Shown here: in pieces, positions 1 to 13,075 of the stretch
How the letters are laid out: every line of letters begins with the position of its first letter
Numbering within the stretch: position 1 is the first letter of the stretch
Translations under genes and position numbers: made by a program
Assembly: GCA_038087875.1 (NCBI GenBank)
Contig: JAXLNO010000110.1
Location: 682,001 to 746,000, forward strand
DNA length: 64,000 nt
Source: Malacoraja senta
Taxonomy: Eukaryota
Direction: 5' to 3'
The notes under the pieces: generated by a model
Database searches by the model: none
Told to the model about the DNA's origin: nothing
Seen by the model: only the letters and a program-made list of their open reading frames with translations

Positions 1-2007
1 CTCCAAGGAATAAAATCCCAGCCTACTCAACCTCTCCCTTTTGCACAAGCCCTTGAGTCCTGGCAACATTCTGATAAATCTTCTCTGCACCCTTTCAAGC
101 TTATCAGTATCTTTATTATAACATGGTGACCAAAACTGAACACGATACTCTAAATGTGGCCTCACCACGTCATATATAACTATGACAAGACCTCCCAACT
201 TTCATAACTCGGAGAGTATGGAAAGCTACAATAATAATGAATGACAGAGCATGGTTGGGGGAACACCGTGTCTTCTGTTTTCTTACGTTCTTCTTGTGGA
301 ACAATGTAGGAGAAGTTTTACTTTGCTTCTAACCAGTGCTGCACTTATCGTAGAGTCATGGAACATGGAAACAGGGAATGTTTGAAGGGGCAGTGCAGAA
401 AGAATTCCGGCCGCTGTCATATAACGTTAAAAAGGTCAGAGGATGTTGCCGGGACTCGAGGGCCTGAGCGTTAGAGAGAGGTTCAGCAGGCTAGGATTCT
501 ATTCCTTGGAGTACAGGAGGATGAGGGGTGATCGTATAGAAGTGTACAACATCATGAGAGGAATAGATTTGGTGGACGCACAGTCTCTTGCCCAGAGTAG
601 GGGAATCGAGAACTAGGGGACATGGGTTTAAGGTGAAGGGGTACAGATTTAATAGGAACCCAAGGGCTAACTTTTTCACGCAAAGGGTTGTAGGTGTATG
701 GAACGAGCTGCCGAAGGAGGTAGTTGAGGGACTATCGCAACGTTTAAGAAACATTTAGACAGGTACATGGATAGGACAAGTTTAGAATGATATGGGCCAA
801 ATGCAGGCAGGTGGGTTAATGTAGATGGGGCATGTTGGCCAGTGTGGGCAAGTTAGGCCATAGGGCCTGTTTCCACGCTGTATCACTCTGTGACTCTTAA
901 ATTGGTATGTGGGCTGTACAGTGGCGCAGCGGCAGAGTTGCTGTCTTACAGCGCCAGAGACCCAGATGCCAATCCTGACTCCGGGTGTTCACAAGTTCAC
1001 AAGTTACAGGAGTAGAATTAGGCCATTCGACCCATCGTATCTACTCCGCCATTCCATCATGGCTGATCTCTGCCCCCTAATCCTATTTTCCTGCCTTCTC
1101 CTGATAACCCTTGAAACCCATTCTAATCAAGAATTTGTCAATCTCAGCCTTAAAGATATCCACTGACTTGGCCTCCACAGCCCTCTGTGGCAATGAAGTC
1201 CACAGATTAACTGCCCTCCGACTTAAGAAGTTCCTCCTCACCATTCTAAAAGAGTGGCCTTTTATTCTGAGGCTGTAACCTCTGGTCCTAGACTCTCCCA
1301 TCAGTGGAAACATCCTCTCCACATCCACTCTATCTATGCCTTTCATTATTCTGTATGAGGTCCGCCCTCATCCTTCTAAACTCCAGCGAGTACAGGCCCA
1401 GTTCTGTCAAACGCTCATCATATGCTAAGCCACTCATTCCTAACCCACTGTTGTTTGTATGTTCTCCCTGAGACAGTGTGGGTTTTCTCTGGGTGCTTCA
1501 GTTTCCTCCCAGGTTTGTAGGTTATTTGGCTTTGGCAAGTTGCAAAATAGTCCCTAGTGTAGGGGGTGATCGCTGGTTGGCGTGGGCTGAAGGGCCTGTT
1601 ACCACGCTGTATCTCAGAACTAAACTAGTGTGGGAACCGGTGATCACTGGTCGGCGTGGACTCGATGGGCTTAAGGGCCTGTTTCCGCGCTGTGTGTAGG
1701 ATGGTGCTAGTGTATGGGAATCGCTAGTCGGCACGGACTCTGCACTGTATCTCTCAACTCTAAACGGGGAGTGGTGCAATTTGCCATGTGGGACTGGAAG
1801 CTTTTCCAGCCAAGGTTTTCTTTCTATTCATATTCCCCCTCTCATGACACGTGGATTTGTGCGTTGCTTCATAACGCTTCACATGCAAGCCAGGGACGGT
1901 AGAGACGGGGTGAATTGTGTTATTGCTCGTTGGGCGTGGGCTTGGTGGGGTGTCCGTGGTCCTCTCGTTGCTGACTCACGTGCCCTCCTGTTCTTTTGCC
2001 CCGCCAG

Positions 2008-2171
2008 GCTCCCGGACTCTGCCACCCAGCCGTCGACGTCCGCCAGCGCTCCGTCCGTGGAGGAGACGGCCGCGAGGCCGGAGCAGCCTGCCGCAGCGGT
2101 CACCAGCACGAGCGGCGGGGCCAGCACCACGACCCCGGCCGGAGCACCCCCACCCTCGCAGTCTGTCTTGT
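2008..2171 (+). CDS. UBQLN4: Ubiquilin-4 internal exon (low-complexity linker after UBL)
   Basis: ttcttttgccccgccAG acceptor and T|gtaagt donor. Encodes LPDSATQPSTS...PPSQSVL. The phase-1 end (T|CT = Ser) joins the next exon in frame, resembling the human UBQLN4 ...SILSGFGG junction. Confidence 0.8.
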
Positions 2172-3109
2172 GTAAGTGTGGCCCTGCACCGCGGCTTGCC
2201 AACGAGGCCTAAATGTGTAGGAAGGAACTGCGGGTGCTGGTTTAAATGGAAGATAGACAAAAAACGCTGGAGTAACGCAGCGGGACAGGCAGCATCTCTG
2301 GAGAGAAGTGGAAGAGATAGTGGGTGATGTTTCGAGTCTGAAGAAGGGTCTCGACCCGAAGCGTCACCCATTCCTTCTCTGCAGAGATGCTGCCTGTCCC
2401 GCTGAGTTACTCCAGCATTGTTTATCTCTCTTGCCAAGGAAGCCATCAGATATCACTCCTCTACACTCGCCAATCTACACTGTACTTCCAGACAGCTGTG
2501 GTGCAGTATGTTTCCCCTGTAAGGTCATATGGTCAAAAGTGATAGGTGAAGAATTATGTCATTCCGTCCATCGAGTCCACTCCACCATTTAATCATGGCT
2601 GGTCTATCTTCCCCTCTCAACCCCATTCTCCTGTCTTCTCCCCATAACCCCTGACACCCGTACTAATCAAGAATCTGTCAATCTCCACCTTAAATATATC
2701 CATTGACTTGGTCTCCACACCCTCTGACTAAAGAAATACCCCTCATCTTTCTAAAGGAACATCCTTTTATTCTGAGGCTATGACCTCTGGTCATAGACTC
2801 TCCCACTAGTGGAAACATCCTCTCCACATCCACTCTATGCAGGCCTTTCGCTATCTGATAATTTCCAATGAGGCACCCCTTCATCCTTCTAAACTCCAGC
2901 GAGTACAGGCCCAGCGACGCCAAACGCTCATCATAGGTTAACACTCTCATTCCGCGGTCATTATCATAAAATATCGTAAATCCTGTACAAATCCTGTTGC
3001 CTCCAGGGTGCGAATCATGAGGGTGTGATAACCAGAGAACAGGCAGCTGTGTCTGAGAGGCGGGGGATTGATAGATAGGGGCGCGAGTCAGTCGGGCTTG
3101 GAGTCAGTA

Positions 3110-3530
3110 TAGTTCATTGTCACGTGTGCCGAGGTACAGTGAAAAGCTTTTCTTGCGTGCTATCCAGTCAGTGCAAAGACAATACATGGTTACAATCGAG
3201 CTATTTACAGTGTATAGATACATGATGAGGGAATAACGTTTAGTGCAAGGTAAAGCCAGCAAAGTCCAAGCCAGGATAGTCCCAGGGTCACCAATGAGGT
3301 AGATAGTAGTTCAGCGCTGCTCTCTGGTTGGTGAGAGGATGGTTCAGTTGCCTGTTAACAGCTGGGAAGAAACTGTCCCTGAATCTGGAGGTGTGCGTTT
3401 GCCCGATGGGAGAGGGGAGAAGAGGGAGTGAATGGGGTGAGACTGGTCCTTGATTATGCTGCTGGCCTTGCCGAGGCAGCTTGAGGTGCAAATGGAGTCA
3501 ATGGAAGGGAGGTTGGTTTGTGTGATGGCT
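3110..3530 (-). mobile_element. Rex1/Babar-like LINE 3' fragment
   Basis: Similar to 45150-45560 (HTSRFRDSFFPAVNRQLN). Confidence 0.72.
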
Positions 3531-3565
3531 TGTTTGTGATGGGTTGTATTTTTTGTCTCCGCCAG

Positions 3566-3828
3566 CTGGATTCGGCGGCATTCCTGGACTCGGGAGCCTC
3601 GGAATGGGCTCGGCGAACTTCATGGAGCTGCAGCAGCAGATGCAGCGGCAGCTGATGTCAAACCCGGACATGCTGGCGCAGATCATGGAGAACCCCTTCG
3701 TGCAAAACATGATGTCCAACCCCGACCTCATGAGGCAAATGATCATGTCCAACCCTCAGATGCAGCAGCTGATGGAGAGAAACCCGGAGATCAGCCACAT
3801 GTTAAACAACCCCGAACTCATGAGACAG
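3566..3828 (+). CDS. UBQLN4: Ubiquilin-4 exon (STI1 region)
   Basis: AG/GT bounded, 263 nt. [44 protein letters not shown]...NNPELMRQ closely matches vertebrate UBQLN4. Confidence 0.97.
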
Positions 3829-4197
3829 GTGAAGGCTTCCTTGTCGGTTGTGTCTCTAGAGATGGCTCCCAGCCCAGGCCACCCTTTGTATGTTAGTCAC
3901 AGAGGTGGCGCAGCGGTAGAGTTGCAGTGTCAGAGACACAGATTCGATCCCGACTACGGGTGCTGTCTGTACGGAGTTTGTACCTTCTCCCCATGACCTG
4001 CGTGGGTTTTCTCCGGGTGCTCCGGTTTCCTCGGAGATTCTTACTTGCAGCAGCCCAACAGAATATGTAAACTTCTGTCTGAAGAAGGGTCTCGACCCGA
4101 AATGTCAATCATTCTTTCTCTCCAGAGATGCTGCCTATCCTGCTGAGTTACTCTAGCATTTTGTGTCTATCTTATGTAAACATGGTACTGTTTACTG

Positions 4198-4505
4198 AGG
4201 CGGCACGGTGGTGCAGAGGTAGAGTTGCTGCCTCACAGCGCCAGAGACCCGGGTTCGATCCTGACCTCGGGTGCTGTCTGTACGGAGTTTGTACGTTCTC
4301 CCCGTGACCAGGTGGGTTTTGTGCGAGATCTTCGGATTCCTCCCACACTCCAAAGACGTACAGGTTTGTGGGTCAATTGGCTTGGGTTTGTATACTTGGT
4401 ATAAGTGTAAATTGTCCCTAGTGTGTGTAGGATAGTGTGCGGGGAGCGCCGGTTGATGTGGATTCGGTCGGCCGAAGGGCCTGTTTCCGTGCTGTATCTA
4501 AAAAA
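4198..4505 (+). mobile_element. tRNA-derived SINE (HE1/V-SINE-like), representative of ~20 copies
   Basis: Head ggcacggtggtgcagaggtag...ggttcgatcc (A/B boxes), core ggagtttgtacgttctcccc, and tail gggccgaagggcctgtttcc shared with CR1-type fragments. Confidence 0.85.
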
Positions 4506-7500
4506 GTGGATCTGCAATCACGCATTACAATCGTTCCATTCTTTTAAATCTCTTCTCCTACACCATGAATGGCCTGATTGTGATCTTGTACGGGTGTCAG
4601 AGGTTATGGAGAGAAGGCAGGAAAATGGTGTTAGGAGAGATAGATCAGCCATGATTGAAAGGCGGAGTGGACTTGGTGGGCTGAATGGCCTAATTCTGCT
4701 CCTGTCAATATGAACTTATTGACTGGTTAGTACACAACAAAAGCTTTTCACTGTATAAGAGTGCCGTCCAAGTGTGATAATTGTGCTGCAAGCGTACCGT
4801 TCCATTAGATTGTCACTGTCACGTGTACCGAGGTACAGTGACAAGCTCTATTGTTGTGTGCTATCCAGTCAGCGACTATGTTTGTACATTACACAATTAC
4901 AACTGAGGCGTCCACAGTGTACAAGAATAAAGTGTACAGAATGGAATAAATGGCCCTGCAGGTTTATTCTACAAAAAAAAAGACAAAGTTCTGGTGTAAC
5001 TCAGCAGGTCAGGCAGCATCCCTGGAGAACATGTGTAGGAGGGAACTGCAGGTGCTGGTTTACAGCGAAGATGGATACAAAATGCTGGCGTAATTCAACG
5101 GGTCAGGCAGCATCTCTGGAAAAGAGGAATAGAAGTCTGAAGAAGGGTCTCGACCCGAAATGTCACCAATTCCTTTTTTTCCAGAGATGCTGCCTGTCCC
5201 ACTGAGTTACTCCAGTATTTTGCGTCTATCTCTGGAGAGCATATTCTTTAGCTGGAAAAAGGTGCAGAAAGGATGTACAAGGATGTTGTCAGGACTCGAG
5301 GGCATGAGCTGTAGGGAGAGGTTTAGAAAGCTAGGACTTTATTCCTTGGAGCGCAGGAGGTTGAGGGGTGATCTTGTGCTGTATAAGATCATGAGGGAAT
5401 TGGTTATGGTAAATGCGCAGAGTAGGGGAATAGAGAATCAGAGGACATCGGTTTCAGGTGACGGGGAAAGATTGAATAGGAACCTGAGGGGGGATTTTTT
5501 TCACACAGAGGGTGGTGGGTGTACGGAATGAGCTGCCGGAGGAGGTAGTTGAGGCACGTCCTATCATGAGATTTAAGAAACATTTGGACAGGTACATGGA
5601 TAGGATCGGCATCGAGGGATAAGGGCCAAATGTAGGCTACTAGGAATAGTGTGTAGATGGGGCATCTTTGTGTACATGGACAAGTTGAGCGGAAGGGCCT
5701 GTTTCCATGCTGTGTGTCTCTATGATGTGCTGTGATTCCCAATAGGAAGCTGGGAGCACAGCAAAGTCCTCTGTAATAGGGGATGGGGCACACTGTTAGC
5801 TAACAGCCTTGGAATGACATGTTACAGCTGTACAAAACAGTGGTAAGGCTGAATTTGGAGTTCTGGTCGTCCTTCTATAGAAGGACGTCATCAAATTGGA
5901 AAGGGTGCAAAATAAAGATTTTTTGAGAATTTTACCTGGACTCATCGGGTCAGACAGCATCTCTTGTTGAGTCTCATTGTCATTTTCACCTAGCTCACAG
6001 CTCACAATGGCCTGTTTCCTTTATCATTGTCAATTTTTTGCATGTCTTTCATTCATTTGTCCTATATCTATCTCTATCACCATCTATATCCCTCGTTTCC
6101 CTTTCCTCTTTCTGAAGAAGGGTCTCGACCCAAAACGTCACCTATTCCCTGCAGGTAAGTGGAACTGGTGTGGATAGGATTTATTGGTCGTGGTGGGCAA
6201 GTTGGGCAGAAGGGCCTGTTTCCACTCTATAACTCTGACTCTGTTAGTTTGTTTCTCTGGATACAGTTATTGGGTGGAATTTAAGTGTCTCAGACAATAG
6301 GAACCTGTGAGAATCGGGCATAACCGATTGTATTTGTAAGGGACTGTTTCATTCTTTGGGTCTAATCTGAGCCCTGGTTTGTACAAAAGAAAGCTGGAGT
6401 AACTCAGTGGGTCAGGCAGCATCTCTGGAGGACATCAATAAGTGAGGTTTCGGTTCAGGGCCCTTCTCCAGACTAATTGAGAGGGCGGGTGAGGGAAACA
6501 AGAAAGAAAGCTGGGACAGGGCAGAGAATGGCCAGTAATAGGTGAACACAGGCAAGGGGCAGGGGCAGAGATTGAAATGGTGTGAGTCGTACTTTGTACT
6601 AATTACCTGATCAGTCACGGACCAGAAAGGGGTTAATATGAATCCTCGAGTCACAGAGCTATACATCCCTTCGGCCCAGCTCATCTATGCCGACCAAGTT
6701 GCTTAAGCAAGCTAACCCAGTTACCTGCACCTGGCCTATATCTCTCCAAACATTTCCAATGCATGTACCTGTCCAGGTGTCTTTTAAAAGTAAATATATA
6801 TGTGATAGGAGCAGAATTAGGCCATTCAGCCCATCGTCTACTGCATTCAGTCATGGCTGATCTATCTTTCTCTCTTAACCCCATTCTCCTGCCTTCTCCC
6901 CATAAACCCTGACATCTGTACTAATCAATTGTATCTGCCTCTGCAGCTTCCTCTGTCAGCCTGTTCCACATACTCACCATCATCTATATGGAAAAATTTG
7001 CCACTTAAGTTCCCTTTAAATCTCTTTCTTCCTAACTTAATCCTATGCCATCTAGCTTTAGACACCCTTATCCTGGGGGATCGACAGTGGCTATTAATTT
7101 TATCTCTGCCTTTCATGACCGTGTAAATCTTTATAAGGTCACCCTCTGCCTCCACACTGCTGGGAATAAAATTCCAAGCCTATCCCGCCTCTCTTTATAA
7201 CTCATAGGCTACAGGTCCAGTAAAATTCTTGCATGTCTTTTGCACCCTTTCCAATTTAATAACATCTTTCCTACAGCAAGATGAGCAGAACTCTACATAG
7301 TTGGGCACAGTCTTACAGCGGGTAGAGCTGCTGCCTCACTGTGCCAGAGACAAAGGTTCAATCTTGACTTTGGGCGTTGTCTGTGTGGAGTGTGCAGGTT
7401 CTCCTTGTAACCACGTGGGTTTCCTCCAGATGCTCGGGTTTCTCCTCTCATTCCCAAAACGTGCAGTTCCTAATTGACTTCTGTAAATTGACTGTCATCT

Positions 7501-7619
7501 GCATGTGTAGATGAGAAAGTGGAATAACATAGAACAAGTGTGATGGCCGAAGGGCCTGTTTCCATGCTGTATCTCTAAACTAAACTAAACACAGTCCCCC
7601 AAATGCGGCCTTTCCAGTT

Positions 7620-7935
7620 GGTTTAGAGATACGGCGCGGAAACTGGTCCTTCGACCCTCCGAGTCGCCACCGACCAGCGATCACCACACATTAACACTAT
7701 CTACACCCACTAGGACAATTTCACTTATACCAAGTAGCCAATTAACCTACTAACCTGTATGTCTTTGGAGTATGGGAGATGAAGATCTCTGAGAAATCCC
7801 ACGTAGTCACGGGAAGAACGTGCAAACTCCGTACAGACAGCACCCGTAGTCGGGATCGAATCCACGTCTCTGGCGCTGCAAACGCTGTAAGGCAACTACT
7901 GTACCGCGGGGCTACCGCTGTGTGCCATGCCGCCC
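7620..7935 (-). mobile_element. tRNA-derived SINE (HE1-like)
   Basis: Reverse-complement copy, tail-to-tail with a + copy at ~7300-7590. Confidence 0.78.
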
Positions 7936-8194
7936 ATCTTGTACAGCTGTAACAACATCCTAATGTAGCTGGCCACTATCTACACCCCATTTTGCTGTGT
8001 CTCATCAGTGACAATCACAGCCAGCAATTATTGCAACTGCAGACTGATGGGGCATGGTGTCACCTTTGGTGGGGGGAGGCGCTTTGAGTTACTCATCCAA
8101 CATATACAGCAGGTCGGACAGCGTCTGTGGAGAGAGAAGGCAGCCTCCCTTGTCTCAGTGGGAGTTCTGATGAAGGATTAGCATACGGTAATAT

Positions 8195-9105
8195 TTAACA
8201 TCTCCAAGTTTGCAGATGACAAAAGCTGGGTTGCAGAGTGAGCTGCGAGGAGGATACTATGAGGCTGAAGGGTGACTTGGATTGGTTGGGTGAGTGGGCA
8301 GATGCATGGCAGATGTGAGGTTATCCACTTTAGTGGCAAGAACAGGAGGCAGATTATTATCTGAATGGTGTCAGATTAGGAAAAGGGAGGTTCAACGAGA
8401 CCTGGGGGTCCTTGTACATCAGTCAATGAAAGTAAGCATGCAGGTACAGTAGGCAGTGAAGAAAGCTAATGGCATGTTAGTCTTCATTGTGAGAGGATTT
8501 GAGTTTAGGAACAAGAAGGTCCTACTGCAGTTGTACAGGGCGTTGGTGAGACCTCACCTGGAGTATTGCGTGTATGTTTGGTCTCCTAATTTGAGGAAGG
8601 ACATTATTACTATTGAGGGAGTGCAGCGTAGGTTCACAAAGTTGATTCCTGGGATGGCGGGACTGACATATGAAAGAATGGGTCGACTGGGTTTGTATTC
8701 ACTGGAATTTGGAAGGATGAGAGGGAATCTTATAGAAACATATAAAATTCTTAAGGGGTTGGACAGGCTAGATGCAGGAGACATGTTCCCCATGTTGGGA
8801 GAGTCCAGAACCAGGGGTCACAGTTTAAGAATAGGGTTGGCCATTTAGGACTGAGATGAGGAAAAACGTTTTCATCCAGAGAGTGTGAATCTGTGGAATT
8901 CTCTGCCACAGAAGGCAATGGAGGCCAATTCACTGGGTGTTTTCAGGAGCGAGTTAGATTTAGCTCTTGTGGCTGATGGAATCAAAGGATATGGGGTAAA
9001 AGCAGGAACGGGGTACTGATTTTGGATGGTCAGCCATGATCTTATTGAATGGCAGTGCTGGCTCGAAGGGCCAAATGGCCTACTCCTGCACCTGTTTTCT
9101 TTGTT
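8195..9105 (+). mobile_element. CR1 LINE 3' fragment
   Basis: KFADD, LVRPHLEYC and LGLYSLE motifs plus the CR1 tail. Confidence 0.88.
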
Positions 9106-10539
9106 TCAAACTGCTTAAATTTTAAACTTTAAAAATGTAGTGCGGAAACCGGCCCTACAGCCCACTAAGTCCGCGCTGACCCATGCACTAGCACCATCCT
9201 ACACACCAGGGACAATTAGCAATTTTTTTTACCGAAGTTAATTAGCTACACTCCTGTACATCTTTGGAGTGTGGAAAGAAATTGGAACACCTGGAGAAAA
9301 CCATCGAGTCATCGAGTCACAGGGAGAGTGTACAAACTCCACACAGACAGTGCCCGTACTCAGGATCGAACCCAGGTCTCTGGCAAAGTTAGGCAGCAAC
9401 TCTACCACCGTGCCACCCACTGCTTCTTTCTTTGGAGATGCTGCCTGACCCGCAGAGTCTTATCGGTTTTATTTCTTATTTCCCCTGTCTGTAGCACTTG
9501 TGTTTCGAGTGTAAACTGGATCAACTCGAGTTTAAAAGCTTCAGGTTTACGTTCGCTATCTCCCCCAAAATCTGTAGTCTATGTACACACACGATTAGTC
9601 ATACAGCACGGAAACTAGACCTCCGGCCTAACTTGTCCATACTGACCAAGATGCCTCATCGAAGCTAGTCCCATTTGTGTGGGTTTGGCCCATATCCCTC
9701 TAAACCTTTCCGATTTGTGTATCTGTCCAGGTGTGAAGAAAGGAATTGCAGATGCTGGTTTCAACCAAAGATAGACATAAATGCTGGAGTAACTCAGCGG
9801 AACTCGGCAGCATCTCTGGAGAAGGGTCTCGCCCCGAAACGTCACCCATTTATTCTGTACAGGGATGCTGCCTGTCCCGCTGAGTTACTCCAGCATTTTG
9901 TGTCTGTCTGTCCAAGTGTCTTTGAAATGCTATTATCGTACCATGAGAGGAATAGATCGGGTAGATGCACAGAGTCTCTTGCCCAGAGTTGGGGAATCGA
10001 GGACATTCGTATCCAGTATTTAGACGTATCGGGAATCGTATCCAGTATTCTCTGGATACTTTCAAGAGAGAGTTAGATAGGGCTCTTAAGATAGCGGAGT
10101 CAGAGGATATGGGGAGAAGGCAGGAACGGGGTACTGATTGGGGATGATCAGCCATAATCACATTGAATGGCGGTGCTGGCTCGAAGGGCCGAATGGCCTA
10201 GTCCTGCCACCTATTGTCTATTGACATAGGTTCAAGGTGAAGGGGAAAAGATTTAATAAGAATCTGAAGGGTAACTTTTTCACACAAAGGATGGTGGGTG
10301 TATGGAACGAGCTGCCAGAGGAGGTAGTTGAGGCTGGGACTATCCCAACGTTTAAAAAACAGTTAGACAGGTACATGGATAGGACAGGTTTGGAGGGATG
10401 TGGACCAAGCGCAGGCAGGTGGGACTAGTGTGGCTGGAACAAGTTGGGCCGAAGGGCCTGTTTCCACACTGTATCACTCTATGACCTGCCTCTAACCGTT
10501 CAATAACACAGAGCATGTCTTTATTTTGACTGTCTGCAG

Positions 10540-10698
10540 ACGATGGAACTGGCCCGGAACCCGGCCATGATGCAGGAGATGATGAGGAATCAGGACCGGG
10601 CGCTCAGCAACCTGGAGAGCATCCCCGGCGGCTACAATGCTCTACGACGCATGTACACTGACATCCAGGAGCCCATGTTCAGTGCGGCCAGGGAACAG
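10540..10698 (+). CDS. UBQLN4: Ubiquilin-4 exon
   Basis: tgcAG|ACG ATG GAA ... GAA CAG|gt, 159 nt. [53 protein letters not shown]. Confidence 0.97.
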
Positions 10699-10737
10699 GT
10701 AGCTTCCATAGCCTGAGCGGGAACATCACAGTCTAAA

Positions 10738-11158
10738 TGTGTAAGAAGGAACTGCAGATGCTGGTTTAAACCGAAGATGGGACACAAAATGCTGGAGTAA
10801 TTCAGTGGGACAGGCAGCATCTCTGGAGAGAAGGAATGGGTGCTGTTTCGGGTCGAGACCCTTCAGACTGGGTAGGGATAAGGAGGGAATGTATAGGGAA
10901 ACGAGATATAGACGGTGATGTAGAGAGATATAAAGAACAATGAATGAAAGATATGCAAAAAAGTAAACGATGATAAAGGAAACAGGCCATTGTTAGCGGT
11001 TTGTTAGGTGAAAACGAGAAGCTAGTGCGACTTGGATGTGGGAGGGGATAGAGAGAGAGGGAATGCGGGGGCTACCTGAAGTTAGAGAAATCAATATTCA
11101 TACCAGTGGCTGTAAGCTGCCCAAGCGGAATATGAGATGCTGTTCGTCCAATTTGGGA
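10738..11158 (-). mobile_element. Penelope-like element 3' end
   Basis: Reverse complement matches the PLE ORF end (KLDEQHLIFRLGSL...) plus the 3'UTR and terminal tail seen at 31880-32225. Confidence 0.8.
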
Positions 11159-12317
11159 ATTAGTCTGTCACTGTATAATGGAGAGAACAGAGTTGTTGCC
11201 TTACAGCGCCGGGGACCCGGGTTCGATCCTGACTACGAGTGCTGTCTGTACGGAGTTTGTACGTTCTCTCCGTGACATGCGTGGGTTTTCTCTGACATCT
11301 TCGGTTTCCTCCCGCAATCCAAAGACATACACATTTGTAGCATTGCTGGCTTGGTATAAACATAAATTGTCCCTAGTATGTGTAGGATAGTATTAATGTG
11401 CACGGATTGCTGGTCGCTGCGGACTCGGTAGGCCGAAGGGCCTGTGTCCGCGCTGTACCTCGAAACTAAACTAAAAACAAGGTGCACAGTGCTGGAGCAA
11501 CTCGGCCACCAGACAACATCTCTGGAGAACATGGATCGGTGACTTATCTGGTCGGGAACCTTTTTCAGACTAATGGAGTAGAGGGGTCTGACGAAGGGTC
11601 CCGACCCAAATCGTCACCTATCCATGTTCTCCAGAGATGCTGCCTGATCCGCTGAGTTACTCCAGCACTTTGTGTCCTTTCCTGTAAGCCAGCATTGGCA
11701 GTTCCTTGTTTCCACTGCATAATGTAGATTCAGTACTACAGTGAACATTTCCAGGGTACACTTTAATTATGTTCAGAGACGGGAGAGGTTCTTGGTGTGG
11801 AAGTGGCTGAAGGAAGGACATGATAGAGGACCAGGGAAATATGTTTAAGGTGAGGGGGGGGGGGGGGAAGATTTAATAAGAATATGACGGGTAAACTTTT
11901 CACACAAAGGGTTGTAGGTGTATGGAACGAACTGCCAGAGGAGGTAGTTGGGGCTGGGACTATCCCAACGTTTAAGAAACATTCAGACTTGTTCATGGAT
12001 AGGACAGGTTTGGTGGGATATGGACAAAACGCAGATGAGTGGGCCGAAGGGCCTGTTGCAATGCTGACTCTGACTATGACTCCAGGAGTACAAAATTGAG
12101 AGGCACAAGATGCTTAGCAGGTGAGGCAGCATCTGTGGAGGGAATGGACAGACAACACTTTGGGTTGGGACCCTTCTTCAGACTGATGGAGTAGGGGGGA
12201 GAAAGCTGAAGATGAAGCCTGGTAAGTGATGGGTGGATACAGCCAAGGGGGATTTAGTTAGGGTAGACACAAAATGCTGGAGTAACTCAGCGGCATTTCT
12301 GGAGAGAAGGAATGGGT

Positions 12318-12345
12318 GACGTTTCGGGTCGAGACCCTTCTTCAG
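12318..12345 (-). ncRNA. Minimal hammerhead ribozyme motif, solo PLE-tail copy
   Basis: Perfect reverse complement of ctgaagaagggtctcgacccgaaacgtc. Confidence 0.68.
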
Positions 12346-12450
12346 ACTGGGGATTTAGTTTACTTCAGTTTAGAGATACAGCGCGGAAACAGGCCCTTCA
12401 GCCCACCGAGTCCGCACCCCCGCATATTAACATCCTACACACCATAATTA

Positions 12451-12994
12451 CGTTACGGCTGCCAAAATTAAATACCTCAAAGGCCAATAAAATAATACAA
12501 AACCAGGTTCAAATGGAAATATTATTTATTTTTCACTAACAAAAAGAACTAAAACCTGGATCAAACAAACAGAGGGGGGGTGGGGGTCGGATGGGCTAGC
12601 AAACAAAAGATAAAGGGTGCCCTGGCCGACCACTCAATGGGCCGTCGGACCAGAGACTCTAAACCTGCGTCAGTGTTAAAATAAACCTGAAACAAAACCA
12701 CGAAAACAATAATGCCAGTCCCATCCTTCCCAAGCAAAATAAGTTAATACAGAATGAAGAGTTACATAAAGAACACTATGCAATCAAACAAACTAAACCA
12801 ACACCAGACTGCTGCCACCAGTCTGAGGGGGAAGAGAGAGACAGAGAGAGAGACTGCCAGTCACATGGTCTTTTTAAGCTGAGGCTCCGTCATCAGGCTC
12901 ACGTGATGCAGCTTGGGCCAGGAGCCTCCAATCAGGTCAGGAGCAGCCAGGCAGCAGGAGGTACCAATATTAATCAGAGAAACAGGTTAGTACA
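12451..12994 (-). mobile_element. Probable solo LTR
   Basis: Minus strand begins TGTAC and ends GTAACG (probably a decayed ...CA). It has a TATA-like ttaaaaag, AATAAA near the 3' end, and a 6-bp TSD taatta (12445-12450, 12995-13000). Confidence 0.6.
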
Positions 12995-13075
12995 TAATTA
13001 ACACCAGCAGAGCGACCAGCAATCCCCGCATATTAACATTATCCTACACACACTAGGGACAATTTTTACATTTAC

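Noticed and set aside
4198..4275. tRNA genes
   Set aside because: The A/B-box heads continue into SINE core and tail; these are tRNA-derived SINEs.
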